A stretch of 64,000 nt of DNA from Anderseniella sp. (GTDB lineage: Bacteria; Pseudomonadota; Alphaproteobacteria; Rhizobiales; Aestuariivirgaceae): assembly GCA_051010195.1 (NCBI GenBank), contig JBPCVV010000118.1, positions 550 through 64,549 of the forward strand, written 5' to 3'. The translations under genes were made by a program, and so were the position numbers. The first letter of the stretch is position 1; the number at the start of each line of letters is the position of its first letter. Below the pieces are notes generated by a model that had not been told where the DNA came from, ran no database searches, and saw only the letters and a list, made by a program, of their open reading frames with translations. Positions 10,557-19,241 of this stretch are shown in pieces.

Positions 10557-11548
10557 TACCTGATCCCCCGCCTCGAGAAGGCATGAAAGATGGTGATCAT
10601 GACGCCGGCCACGGTCATGCCGACGCCTGCCTCAATGATCAGGATACCCAGGTGCTGGCCGTGAATCGGGTCATGAGACAAGGCGGAGTAATCCAGGAAG
10701 CGGCCACCGTTCATCATACTCACAACGCCGACTGCGGTATAGGTGAACGCGCCAAGCGCCACCAGCATGCTTGAAAACCATTCAGGCACCAGTTCGCGGC
10801 CGCGTGGTCCGCCTTCGACCAGCGAGTACAGAATGATGCCGGCAGCAATGAGCGCCCCGGCCTGGAAGCCGCCGCCGGGGCCGAAGTCGCCGTGGAACTG
10901 AACGTACAGGCCGAACAGCACGATGAACGGCACCAGCATCTTGCCGACGACACGCGGGATGAGGTGGTGACGCAGATTATCGCTACGCTTGTCGAACTCA
11001 CCTTCTTCGATGGACTCGCGGCGCGGCCGCACCCGACCGAGCAGCGACATGACACCGATACAGGCGATGAACACAACGAACACCTCGCCAAGCGTGTCAT
11101 AGCCACGAAACGACGCCAGCACCGCGGTGACGACGTTTGGCACGTCGATCAGTTCCGGCGTTCTTTCCAGGTACCAGGGGGCAACATGCTTGTGCACGAT
11201 CGCGTTCGGATCCCCCAGCCTGGGCGCTTGAAAGGTTGCAAATATGATGACGCCGCCCAGCGCAGAGGATGTCAGTAGCGGAATCCAGGTGCCAACCGGC
11301 GGCGAACGGTCATGCTCCGCAGTCAATGCAAGCGCGCTGAGAAACAATACGGTGGAAATACCGGCGCCGATTACCGCCTCGGTCAGGGCCACATCGGCAG
11401 CGTCCAGAATGAAGAAATTGGCCGCCATGATCAGCGAGAAAATGCCGGACAGCATAACGGCGGTGAACAGGTTGTCCGTGCGCAGGATGCCAACAGCCAC
11501 AATGACCAACATGGTCAGCAGAAACAGCGAGAATATGATGGTGATCAT
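10556..11548 (-). CDS. mrpB: DUF4040/MrpA-C-terminal-like domain fused to MrpB (MnhB) domain
   Basis: N-terminal AADVALTEAVIGAG (DUF4040-like), NVVTAVLASFRGYDTLGE, then HGDFGPGGGFQAG (MnhB). Confidence 0.85.
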   Translation of the reverse strand: MITIIFSLFLLTMLVIVAVGILRTDNLFTAVMLSGIFSLIMAANFFILDAADVALTEAVIGAGISTVLFLSALALTAEHDRSPPVGTWIPLLTSSALGGVIIFATFQAPRLGDPNAIVHKHVAPWYLERTPELIDVPNVVTAVLASFRGYDTLGEVFVVFIACIGVMSLLGRVRPRRESIEEGEFDKRSDNLRHHLIPRVVGKMLVPFIVLFGLYVQFHGDFGPGGGFQAGALIAAGIILYSLVEGGPRGRELVPEWFSSMLVALGAFTYTAVGVVSMMNGGRFLDYSALSHDPIHGQHLGILIIEAGVGMTVAGVMITIFHAFSRRGIR

Positions 11549-12051
11549 GACTGCTTCCCCGCAGCCTTCTTCGCAGCCTTCCTGCCGGGCTTTTTCGCCG
11601 GTTTCCTGGCTGGCTTTCTCGCTGCCGCTTTTTTTGTCGTCTTCTTCGTGGTGGTCTTGCCCGCAGCCGCTTTTGCAGCCGATGAATGTTTGGGTTTCGA
11701 TGCTGGAGAAACATCCTGCCGGTCTTCTGGCAATTGGGTGCCGGTCTGGTTGCGGCAGGCTGTCTTCAAGCCGGACAGCAGGGCCCCATTAGCCAGCGCA
11801 TAAGATGCAGTCGGAGAGGTCAGGAACAGAAACAGGAAGATCGCGGCCAGCTTCAGCGGCGCCAGGGTCAACCCGCCCTGCAGCATCAGGCCGATCAGGA
11901 TCAGCGCGGCTCCACCCGTGTCAGTGAGTGACGCAGCGTGCATGCGGGTGAAGAATTCCGGCATCCGCATGACGCCAAACCCGCCGACAAAAACAAAAAA
12001 TCCGCCAGTGAGCAGCAGAACGGCCGAGGCGATATCAAGCAACAGATCCAT
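11545..12051 (-). CDS. mrpG: Mrp antiporter subunit G with a Lys/Ala-rich C-terminal extension
   Basis: MRMPEFFTRMHAASLTDT and LTSPTASYALA (MrpG core), followed by a ~70-aa tail. Confidence 0.9.
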   Translation of the reverse strand: MDLLLDIASAVLLLTGGFFVFVGGFGVMRMPEFFTRMHAASLTDTGGAALILIGLMLQGGLTLAPLKLAAIFLFLFLTSPTASYALANGALLSGLKTACRNQTGTQLPEDRQDVSPASKPKHSSAAKAAAGKTTTKKTTKKAAARKPARKPAKKPGRKAAKKAAGKQS

Positions 12052-12347
12052 TACTTGCCGGCCTCCCTTTCAGCTTCCGCGTCACGGCGAACAGCGCGCG
12101 ACTGGAAGAAAAGGAGGACAGCAAACACACCAATGAAATTGATCAGCGCATAGGCCAGTGCCAGGTCCAGGAAGTCCGGGCGACCAGACAGGAAGGATAT
12201 GACGGCGATCAACAATACCGTCTTGGTGCCAAACATGTTGACGGCCAGTACCCGGTCGAAAATGGTCGGACCCATGATGCCGCGCACCACGGCCAGTACC
12301 ATGGTCACGAGGATCGCTATACAGGTGCCGAAGTATACCCACTCCAT
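12051..12347 (-). CDS. mrpF: Mrp antiporter subunit F
   Basis: GPTIFDRVLAVN, LDLALAYALINFIG. Confidence 0.92.
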   Translation of the reverse strand: MEWVYFGTCIAILVTMVLAVVRGIMGPTIFDRVLAVNMFGTKTVLLIAVISFLSGRPDFLDLALAYALINFIGVFAVLLFFQSRAVRRDAEAEREAGK

Positions 12348-12352
12348 ACCGG

Positions 12353-12832
12353 CTAACGCTCCAACGCCGTTATGCGACGGTCCATCTCGCCTTCATGCAG
12401 ACCATCGGCGCCGGACTGGGTGAGTGCGTGAACCAGCAGTTCACCGTCCTCGATATCGACCGTGATCGTGCCCGGCGTCAGCGTTATGGAATTGCCATAT
12501 ATGACCTGCCCCATTTCAGTCGCCTGCCCCGCCTTGAGCCGTATCATGACCGGATCAATGTTCAACTTGCCGGACAGGATGATCTTTGCCACCTGCATGT
12601 TTGACTTTGCAATTTCCAGTAGCAGCCACGGCCAATAGGTAGCGAGCTGATGTACATGCTGAAGAATCTTGAACTGGGAACCTTCGCCGTCTGCCTTGCG
12701 CATGCGTAACGCCAGATAGGTGCAGATCAGTGTTGACGCCAGCCCGAGTCCAAGCAGCAACGGCTTAAAATAGCCGGACCACAAAATCCAGCCGACACAC
12801 AGTGCTACGAACAACCCGAGTTTCTGACGCAT
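12353..12832 (-). CDS. mrpE: Mrp antiporter subunit E
   Basis: NSITLTPGTITVDIE...LLVHAL signature. Confidence 0.93.
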   Translation of the reverse strand: MRQKLGLFVALCVGWILWSGYFKPLLLGLGLASTLICTYLALRMRKADGEGSQFKILQHVHQLATYWPWLLLEIAKSNMQVAKIILSGKLNIDPVMIRLKAGQATEMGQVIYGNSITLTPGTITVDIEDGELLVHALTQSGADGLHEGEMDRRITALER

Positions 12833-12970
12833 CCAATACCCCTTGAACCTAAACAGTTGTTCGTCATTTATGGGACTAGCGTCAATGCTTTTCCGTAAGT
12901 TTTAACAAATTGGTCGCGCCTGTTGTGCCACATGACGGATCGATTCCGTTTGGTATATCAATACGTAATC

Positions 12971-13659
12971 ATGATTTATGCGCTGATAGCGGTGATTTTC
13001 CTTGGCCTGATGTTCGGCCCGCAGATGTGGGTCCGTTATGTGATTGCCGAGCACGCTGATGACCGGCCTGACTTTCCAGGGACCGGCGGTAAACCTGCGC
13101 GACTTATGCTCGACGAAGCCGGTCTCGATCGGGTTCCGGTTGACGCCCTGCCTGCCGATGGCGGCGACCATTACAACCCGGTCGCCAAGGCCTTACGCCT
13201 GAGACCATCACATCATGACGGCAGATCGATAACCGCGGTGGCGATTACGGCCCACGAAGTCAGCCATGCGATGCAGGATGGCGAGGGCTACAGACCCCTG
13301 GCATTGCGGACAAGAATGTCGACGGCGGTGCAAAAATATAAGGGATCGGGTCGGTGTTGCTGATTGGCGCGCCCGGTGGTTATGGCAATTACCCGCAAAC
13401 CCTCCGTCCAGTTTATCGAGATCGGTGCCGGTCTGGCTATCATGGCCACCGGCGTGCTGGTGCACCTGATAACCCTGCCGGTGGAGTTTGACGCCAGTTT
13501 TTCACCGCGCTGCCAACTCTGAAGCACAGGGAGTACCTGAGAAAAAATGACGTGCCGGGCGCGAAATAGGTCTTGCGGGCCGCGGCGCTGACCTATGTGG
13601 CAGCCGCCATGGTCAGCCTGCTGGAAGTCATGCGGTGGCTGCGTCTTTTGCGATTTTAA
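12971..13659 (+). pseudogene. Neutral zinc metallopeptidase (Zn_peptidase_2/YugP-like), disrupted
   Basis: DHYNP, AHEVSHAMQ (HExxH) in the first frame. Family motifs TLPVEFDAS and VLRAAALTYVAA continue only after frame changes near 13340, 13372 and 13503, plus an in-frame TAG at 13567-13569. Confidence 0.85.
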
Positions 13660-13811
13660 CGCCTTTTACAAGCAAAACCCAGGAAATCTGGGGTGCTGTC
13701 TCAGCGATTATCATAAATTTTTAGCAACCGCCTTAAATCAACAGTAGCCCGGGCTTGGTAATTTTCCAGTCTCGCCAGAAGCGAATACGGCGAGCTGGAG
13801 GAGAGGTCGAA

Positions 13812-14138
13812 TTGGATATTCTGGGTCAAGTCGAGGACAGGCGCGGCACGACACGGGACAAGGTGTTGAAGAGTGGTATCGCAGTCACCGTTGACGGTGC
13901 ACAGCGCGAAGCCTGCGTTATCGACAACTTGTCGGATACCGGTGCTTTGCTGTTCGTGGAGCAGCCCGATTTGCTGCCGGAAGAGCTGGTTCTGATGATC
14001 GACGGTGAAACCCACAAACGCCCGGCACATATAGTGAGGCGTGACCATGGCGCAGTGGCGGTGAGTTTTGTAACCAAGCAAACCGCCAAAACAACGGACA
14101 ACGGCTGGGTGTTTCCACCTGACCATGACCAAGGCTGA
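13812..14138 (+). CDS. Stand-alone PilZ-domain protein
   Basis: RRGTTR (RxxxR) and NLSDTG (NxSxxG). Likely TTG start at 13812 after a GGAGAGG SD; the ORF track starts at 13755. Confidence 0.8.
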   Translation: MDILGQVEDRRGTTRDKVLKSGIAVTVDGAQREACVIDNLSDTGALLFVEQPDLLPEELVLMIDGETHKRPAHIVRRDHGAVAVSFVTKQTAKTTDNGWVFPPDHDQG

Positions 14139-14162
14139 CATACACAGGGGAGAGATTGGGCA

Positions 14163-14525
14163 ATGACGATGTTTGGAACGGAGCACGGCACCGAAGGAAA
14201 GAAAAAGCAGCGTGCAGAACGTCACGACTGCAAACAATTTGGAACGCTGATAAGCCCATGCGGTAATTTTACAGCGCCATGTCTGGTATTGAACCAATCC
14301 AAGACCGGTGCCCTGGTTGAGGTGGAATGGGCGGACGACATAGGTGATGATCTGATGCTGGTAGTGGATGGTGACAAGTATCGCCGCCCGGCCCGTGTGG
14401 CATGGCGTGACAGTTTCCAACTCGGGATCGAATTTATCCTGCAGACAGACACGCCTGAAAATCGCGCCAACTGGATTCTGCCTTTGCCGGTTCAGGAATC
14501 GCTTCCCGACGACTACTTCGAATAG
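14163..14525 (+). CDS. Stand-alone PilZ-domain protein (paralog)
   Basis: QRAER and NQSKTG motifs; LVVDGDKYRRPARVAWRD is similar to the upstream gene. Confidence 0.75.
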   Translation: MTMFGTEHGTEGKKKQRAERHDCKQFGTLISPCGNFTAPCLVLNQSKTGALVEVEWADDIGDDLMLVVDGDKYRRPARVAWRDSFQLGIEFILQTDTPENRANWILPLPVQESLPDDYFE

Positions 14526-14537
14526 CGCAAAATTTTC

Positions 14538-15260
14538 CTAGAAATTCTCCAGCCACGGCCTCAATTCGGTCTCCTGGGTCCAGGCGGATCGGTGCTGGTT
14601 GGCCAGGTGCCAGTAGGTATCTGCAATAGCATCCGGATCGAGCATGCTGTCCGGTTTGCCCGGCGCATCGTGGCGCTCAGGGCGAGCTTCACTTCGTATA
14701 CCGCCATCAATATTAACATGCGTCACATGCACGCCTTTCGGTTGTAGTTCCCGCGCCATGGACTGGGCCAGGCCGCGCAGGGCAAATTTCCCCATGGCGA
14801 ACGGCGCAGACATGGCATAGCCCTTCATGGACGCTGAGGCCCCGGTAAAGATAATCACCCCCCTGCCCGCATTCGACATGCGGATCGCGGCCTGCCGCGC
14901 TACCAGGAAGCCGCCAAAGCCGGTGACCATCAAGGCGCGATTGACGTCTTCCGGATTAAGCTCGGTAATGGATCCGCGTACCCTGAAGGATGGATTATAG
15001 ACGACCGCGTCAGGAGCACCCGACTTTGACTTGTCCAGATTGGCAAACAGCACATCGACCTGGTCGGCTTGCGAGGCGTCACAGGTATACACATCCGCAC
15101 TGGTCTTCCTGACAAGCTCACCGAGCTTGTCGGTGTTGCGCGCGGCCAGTGATATCGCGACTCCGCCGGCATGAAACCGGCGAGCGATGCTTGCGGACAA
15201 ACCCGCGCCGGCGCCAACGATCAACACATGGTGTAACTTGCTTTTAGACCTGCTAGACAT
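14538..15260 (-). CDS. Short-chain dehydrogenase/reductase (atypical, FxxxK)
   Basis: Start MSSRSK at 15260; IVGAGAGLS Rossmann motif; TGASAS; FAMGKFALRGLAQSMARE; HVNIDG. Confidence 0.88.
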   Translation of the reverse strand: MSSRSKSKLHHVLIVGAGAGLSASIARRFHAGGVAISLAARNTDKLGELVRKTSADVYTCDASQADQVDVLFANLDKSKSGAPDAVVYNPSFRVRGSITELNPEDVNRALMVTGFGGFLVARQAAIRMSNAGRGVIIFTGASASMKGYAMSAPFAMGKFALRGLAQSMARELQPKGVHVTHVNIDGGIRSEARPERHDAPGKPDSMLDPDAIADTYWHLANQHRSAWTQETELRPWLENF

Positions 15261-15308
15261 CGGTTGAGTGTTTCCATTTTTTCGGTTTTCGGGGAGTGCA
15301 ATGTATCC

Positions 15309-16439
15309 ATGGCCACCTGTAGCACAATAAACCTGCCACGCCATGCGGTCGGCACACAACACGGCTTGAAAGTCTGGCGGTTTGGTGACCCCGGAGCCTC
15401 TCCCAAGGTCTACATCCAGGCGTCCCTGCATGCCGATGAATTGCCGGCCAGCCTTGCAGCGGCAAAACTGCTGCCGAAACTGATGGCAGCCGATGAAGCC
15501 GGCAGAATATCCGGTGAGATCATCCTTGTGCCGGTGGCAAATCCCATTGGCCTGAACAATGTCGGCCTGCGCAACCACAATGGCCGCTATCATCTTCCAA
15601 CCGGAGAAAACTACAACCGAGGGTTTCACGATGTGTCAGATCAGGTGCTCGAAGCCATTGACGGCCATATGGCAAAGAGCCCGGAAGCCGATACGGACCT
15701 GGTCAAGAAGGAAGTGGCGAAAGCACTGGTGGCCGCAACTCCGGCAAACGAGGCACAGGCACTGAGGCTGGAACTGATGCGGCTGGCATGTGATGCCGAC
15801 ATTGTGCTGGACCTGCATACCGATTCCGAGGCGCAAATGCACCTGTATCTGGATGAAGACCACTGGCCCCAAGCAGCAGACCTGGCGGGCCTGCTGGATG
15901 CCAGGGTGGTCATGTTCGCGCGCGCTTCCGGCGGCGGTCCGTTCGAGGAAACCATTGCCTGGCCTTATGTGCGTGCGCGCGAAGTGTATGGCGCCGATGC
16001 GGTGGACCTGCCGCTGACCGTCGTGGTCGAATTGCGCGGTGAGTACGACGCCAGCCATGAATTTTCGGATTTTGATGCGGACGCCATGTACCGTTTCCTG
16101 TGTCATCGCGGCGCCGTCCGGGAAGATGCGGGACTGTTGCCCGAGTTCACAGGTATCGCTGCGCCGTTCTCCGCGACGGACACGTTGACAGCCAGGGCGG
16201 CCGGCATAGTCGTCTACACGGCCGATGTCGGACAGGCCGTCAAAAAAGGCGACGTCCTGGTTGAGATAATTGACCCCCTGTCGGATGACAACATGGTGGT
16301 GGATCGCATAACCGCAGCAGCAGACGGACTGTTTTTCGCGCGCTCCAATCAGCGCCTGGCCTGGCCGGGAGAAACCATCGGCAAGGTGCAGGGCACCCAA
16401 GCTCTCGCTCATCGGACAGGCAAACTGCTTTATGACTAG
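15309..16439 (+). CDS. Succinylglutamate desuccinylase/aspartoacylase family (M14) metallohydrolase
   Basis: QASLHADE (HxxE), VPVANPIG, NYNRGF, LDLHTD, C-terminal biotinyl-like segment. Confidence 0.85.
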   Translation: MATCSTINLPRHAVGTQHGLKVWRFGDPGASPKVYIQASLHADELPASLAAAKLLPKLMAADEAGRISGEIILVPVANPIGLNNVGLRNHNGRYHLPTGENYNRGFHDVSDQVLEAIDGHMAKSPEADTDLVKKEVAKALVAATPANEAQALRLELMRLACDADIVLDLHTDSEAQMHLYLDEDHWPQAADLAGLLDARVVMFARASGGGPFEETIAWPYVRAREVYGADAVDLPLTVVVELRGEYDASHEFSDFDADAMYRFLCHRGAVREDAGLLPEFTGIAAPFSATDTLTARAAGIVVYTADVGQAVKKGDVLVEIIDPLSDDNMVVDRITAAADGLFFARSNQRLAWPGETIGKVQGTQALAHRTGKLLYD

Positions 16440-16571
16440 GGTCAGGACCCTAGAAAGGTGTTGCTGACGGCGTTTCCTGTTAGCACCAGGCCGCCGCCAA
16501 TCCCGGATAGGAGTTGGCTTCACTTGGGCATTGCGTTTATAAAGCTGTCACCTTGTCAACTGGATGCTTGA

Positions 16572-17540
16572 ATGATTGATATAGACGCGGTGGTGACGTG
16601 GGTGGACGGCGCCGATACGGCCCACGCCGAGAAGCGCTCGAGCTATATGAAACAATCGGGCACGGCGCTCCACGAAAACGCCATCAACCCGCATCGCTGG
16701 GTGGACAATAACGAACTTTATTATTGCCTGCGCTCCATTCACCTGAACGTGCCCTGGATCCGCCGTGTCTGGATCGTCACAGACAATCAAACCCCTGATC
16801 TGTCAGCACTTTCCGGAACCATCCGTGACAAGATACAGATTGTGGATCATGCAGAGATCTTTGCGGGCTTCACCGAGTTCCTGCCGACGTTTAACTCCCT
16901 CGCCATAGAATCCCTTATCTGGCGCATTGCCGGACTGGCAGACAATTTTCTGTATTTCAATGACGATGTATTCGTTGCTTCACCAGTGAACAAGACTGAT
17001 TTCTTTCGGGACGGGGCGCCGGTGCTGCGCGGCAAATGGATTGACTATTCAAACTTGGCGACATCACCGGAGCAACGTGAGAACCCGGCGCTGATGAACC
17101 ATTACAACCAGATCAGGTCAGCGCAGCTGATGGGTTTTGATGCGAGCAGACTTTTTCATGGAGCTCATGCAATTCATCCAATGACCAAACCGGTGATGGC
17201 ACAGTTGTTTGAAGACCACCGGGATGAATTCGTTCACAACATCTCGCACCGGTTCCGGGTTACCGATCAGTTTCTGCCACAGGGACTGTACAATCATGCC
17301 AGCATCAGGACCGGAGCCTACAAAACCCTGGGCCAACGGGATTATATTCACCTGGCGTCCGGCGCATTTGAAAAATGGTCGACGCGCGAAGTCACCGAGC
17401 ACCTGCTCGAGGCGGCTACCCCGGCGATTAAATTCCTCTGCGTGAACGACCTGCCGAGCGTTGAGCAAAACATTCCCAACGCCCGCGACCTGATCGAGCA
17501 GATTATCAGTCCTGACAACAATTCGGTCCTGCAAACCTAG
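16572..17540 (+). CDS. Stealth family protein (hexose-1-phosphate transferase)
   Basis: All four conserved regions are visible: IDAVVTWVDG; ELYYCLRSI..PWIR..IVT / PTFNSLAIE / FLYFNDDVF; HAIHPMTK; FLCVND. Confidence 0.9.
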   Translation: MIDIDAVVTWVDGADTAHAEKRSSYMKQSGTALHENAINPHRWVDNNELYYCLRSIHLNVPWIRRVWIVTDNQTPDLSALSGTIRDKIQIVDHAEIFAGFTEFLPTFNSLAIESLIWRIAGLADNFLYFNDDVFVASPVNKTDFFRDGAPVLRGKWIDYSNLATSPEQRENPALMNHYNQIRSAQLMGFDASRLFHGAHAIHPMTKPVMAQLFEDHRDEFVHNISHRFRVTDQFLPQGLYNHASIRTGAYKTLGQRDYIHLASGAFEKWSTREVTEHLLEAATPAIKFLCVNDLPSVEQNIPNARDLIEQIISPDNNSVLQT

Positions 17541-17800
17541 GCAGCAAGCAAGAGCCTTACCTCCGCGCCACCGGCCATCAGCTCACCACAGCGATGGAAC
17601 CAGTTCACAATCGGGCCTTTTTCCAAAACAGAAAAATCGGATACAACATGCGGCCACATCAATGTGCCAAACAAGACCCAATCCGCATAGTCGGGCTGAT
17701 CACCACCCAGCCATAACCCCTTTGCCAATGCCCGCCTTGCCGGTGCCAGCAATAGGGCGAAAAGCGCTGTCCGTTGTCACCGCAAAGCTCCTAGAGTTTC
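17537..17800 (-). pseudogene. C-terminal remnant of a glutathione S-transferase (etherase-like GST_C)
   Basis: LAPARRAL...WLGGDQPDYADWVLFGTLMW...VNWFHRC resembles a GST C-domain. In-frame TGA at 17777-17779; no N-terminal thioredoxin-fold domain. Confidence 0.6.
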
Positions 17801-17990
17801 ATTCGCCAGCATTCACGCGCGGCTTTAGAACAATCGCCTGCGCAACCACGCAGTGCTCACCGTTGTGAGTAATAGACGGCGAACCATGCAACTCGTATCC
17901 ATCCTCGAGAGCAGCTGAAATCCGTTGGCAAAAATCGCGATCATCCTTCCCGGTCAAAAGCCGGTATCGCAGTTTATCACTCATGGTCAA
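17799..17990 (-). CDS. DUF1737-type small protein
   Basis: YRLLTGKDDRDFCQRIS.AL..GYELHGSPSI...VAQAI pattern. Confidence 0.8.
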   Translation of the reverse strand: MTMSDKLRYRLLTGKDDRDFCQRISAALEDGYELHGSPSITHNGEHCVVAQAIVLKPRVNAGE

Positions 17991-18019
17991 CCTTTTGTTT
18001 TATATAAATAATAATACAA

Positions 18020-18709
18020 TCAACTGGGTCGTTCAAACACACACCTGACATGCGCCGCAGCGTTTTTCCCATCCTGCAGTGTGAAGCTCTGATAGGCCCG
18101 CACCGTCAGCCCCAGAACCTCAAACTGCATGAATTCTGATTTGGTGAGCGGCCAGGGCGGGCCGTCGACCTCGTCCGCCTCGTCCCGTATGCGACCGATG
18201 ACCAGAAGTGTACCGCCGGGGGCAACCAGGCTTGCGATTGCGGGAAAGGCGGCTGCGCGCTGTGGGCCCGGGAGCGCCTGCAGCGTGTAGGTTTCGTGCA
18301 CAAGATCAAATTTGCCCAACCAATCGGTTGGCGGAGCCAGGACACTGGCAACTACATAGTCCACGCTGGAATGGGGAAATCTCCTTCCGGCCCACTCTAC
18401 GGCAATCGGTGACACATCAAAGGCCGTCACGTCGTAACCTGCAGCAGCCAGGGCCTCCGCATTGTCGCCAAGTCCGCAGCCGATATCGAGGGCGCGGCCT
18501 TCGTGAATGGTGCCGGAACGAGCGATCCACTCCGCAAGCCCGGGATGAGTTTCCTCATCAGCCCAAGGTACCATGGCGCTGTCGCCGCCGGCCCTGCGGT
18601 AAACCTCATCATACCAGCCCAAAGTATCGCCGCGAGCTTCGGCTTCGGCAAAGATCGAGCCGGTTGTTTCGCGCGCGCGCCGGCGCCTTGACGCAAAGTC
18701 CTCGTTCAT
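18020..18709 (-). CDS. Class I SAM-dependent methyltransferase (TPMT-like)
   Basis: ALDIGCGLGDNA motif I; VTAFDVS; FDLVHETYTLQ. Confidence 0.87.
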   Translation of the reverse strand: MNEDFASRRRRARETTGSIFAEAEARGDTLGWYDEVYRRAGGDSAMVPWADEETHPGLAEWIARSGTIHEGRALDIGCGLGDNAEALAAAGYDVTAFDVSPIAVEWAGRRFPHSSVDYVVASVLAPPTDWLGKFDLVHETYTLQALPGPQRAAAFPAIASLVAPGGTLLVIGRIRDEADEVDGPPWPLTKSEFMQFEVLGLTVRAYQSFTLQDGKNAAAHVRCVFERPS

Positions 18710-18712
18710 GAC

Positions 18713-19204
18713 TTATGCCGGCTCGTTTTTCTGTTGCGCCTGACCGGAACCGGACTCGGCCTTCTTGATCCACCCGCCGCGTTCATCCTGCTGCCAGTAG
18801 GTCGCGGTAAAACCTTGCGAACTGACGGTCTTCCATTTCTCACGCGCCGCTGCCAGGGCGCCGTCGTCGTTGCCGTCAAACAGTATGATCAGCCGGTCGA
18901 GCCCGTCCGGCTTGTCGAACTGCGCGCCATCCACAAGAAACCTGATATTGGAACCATTGGGATTGTCGTCGCTGGTGGTCAACCAGACCGGTTGCTGTTC
19001 CGCGTTACCGTCAGCCTCGCTTCCGTGCGCCAGAAACTCGTCGTCGCGCCACTGCCAGAACCGGTCCGACAGGGTCTTCACCCGCTCCGGATCGATGGTC
19101 TGCACGACCGCCTTCCATCCGCGTTCCAGGGTTTTGTGGACAAGTTGCGGCAGCACGTCTTCAAGGCGAGCACGTTCGAGATGATAGAACAGCACTTCGG
19201 TCAT
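18713..19204 (-). CDS. holC: DNA polymerase III subunit chi
   Basis: MTEVLFYHL, FLAHG, QPVWLT, ARE.WK, YWQQDERG.W; adjacent to pepA. Confidence 0.93.
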   Translation of the reverse strand: MTEVLFYHLERARLEDVLPQLVHKTLERGWKAVVQTIDPERVKTLSDRFWQWRDDEFLAHGSEADGNAEQQPVWLTTSDDNPNGSNIRFLVDGAQFDKPDGLDRLIILFDGNDDGALAAAREKWKTVSSQGFTATYWQQDERGGWIKKAESGSGQAQQKNEPA

Positions 19205-19241
19205 GGTTGACGCCGTTGTGGTTTCAGATGCAGTTCAGGCC

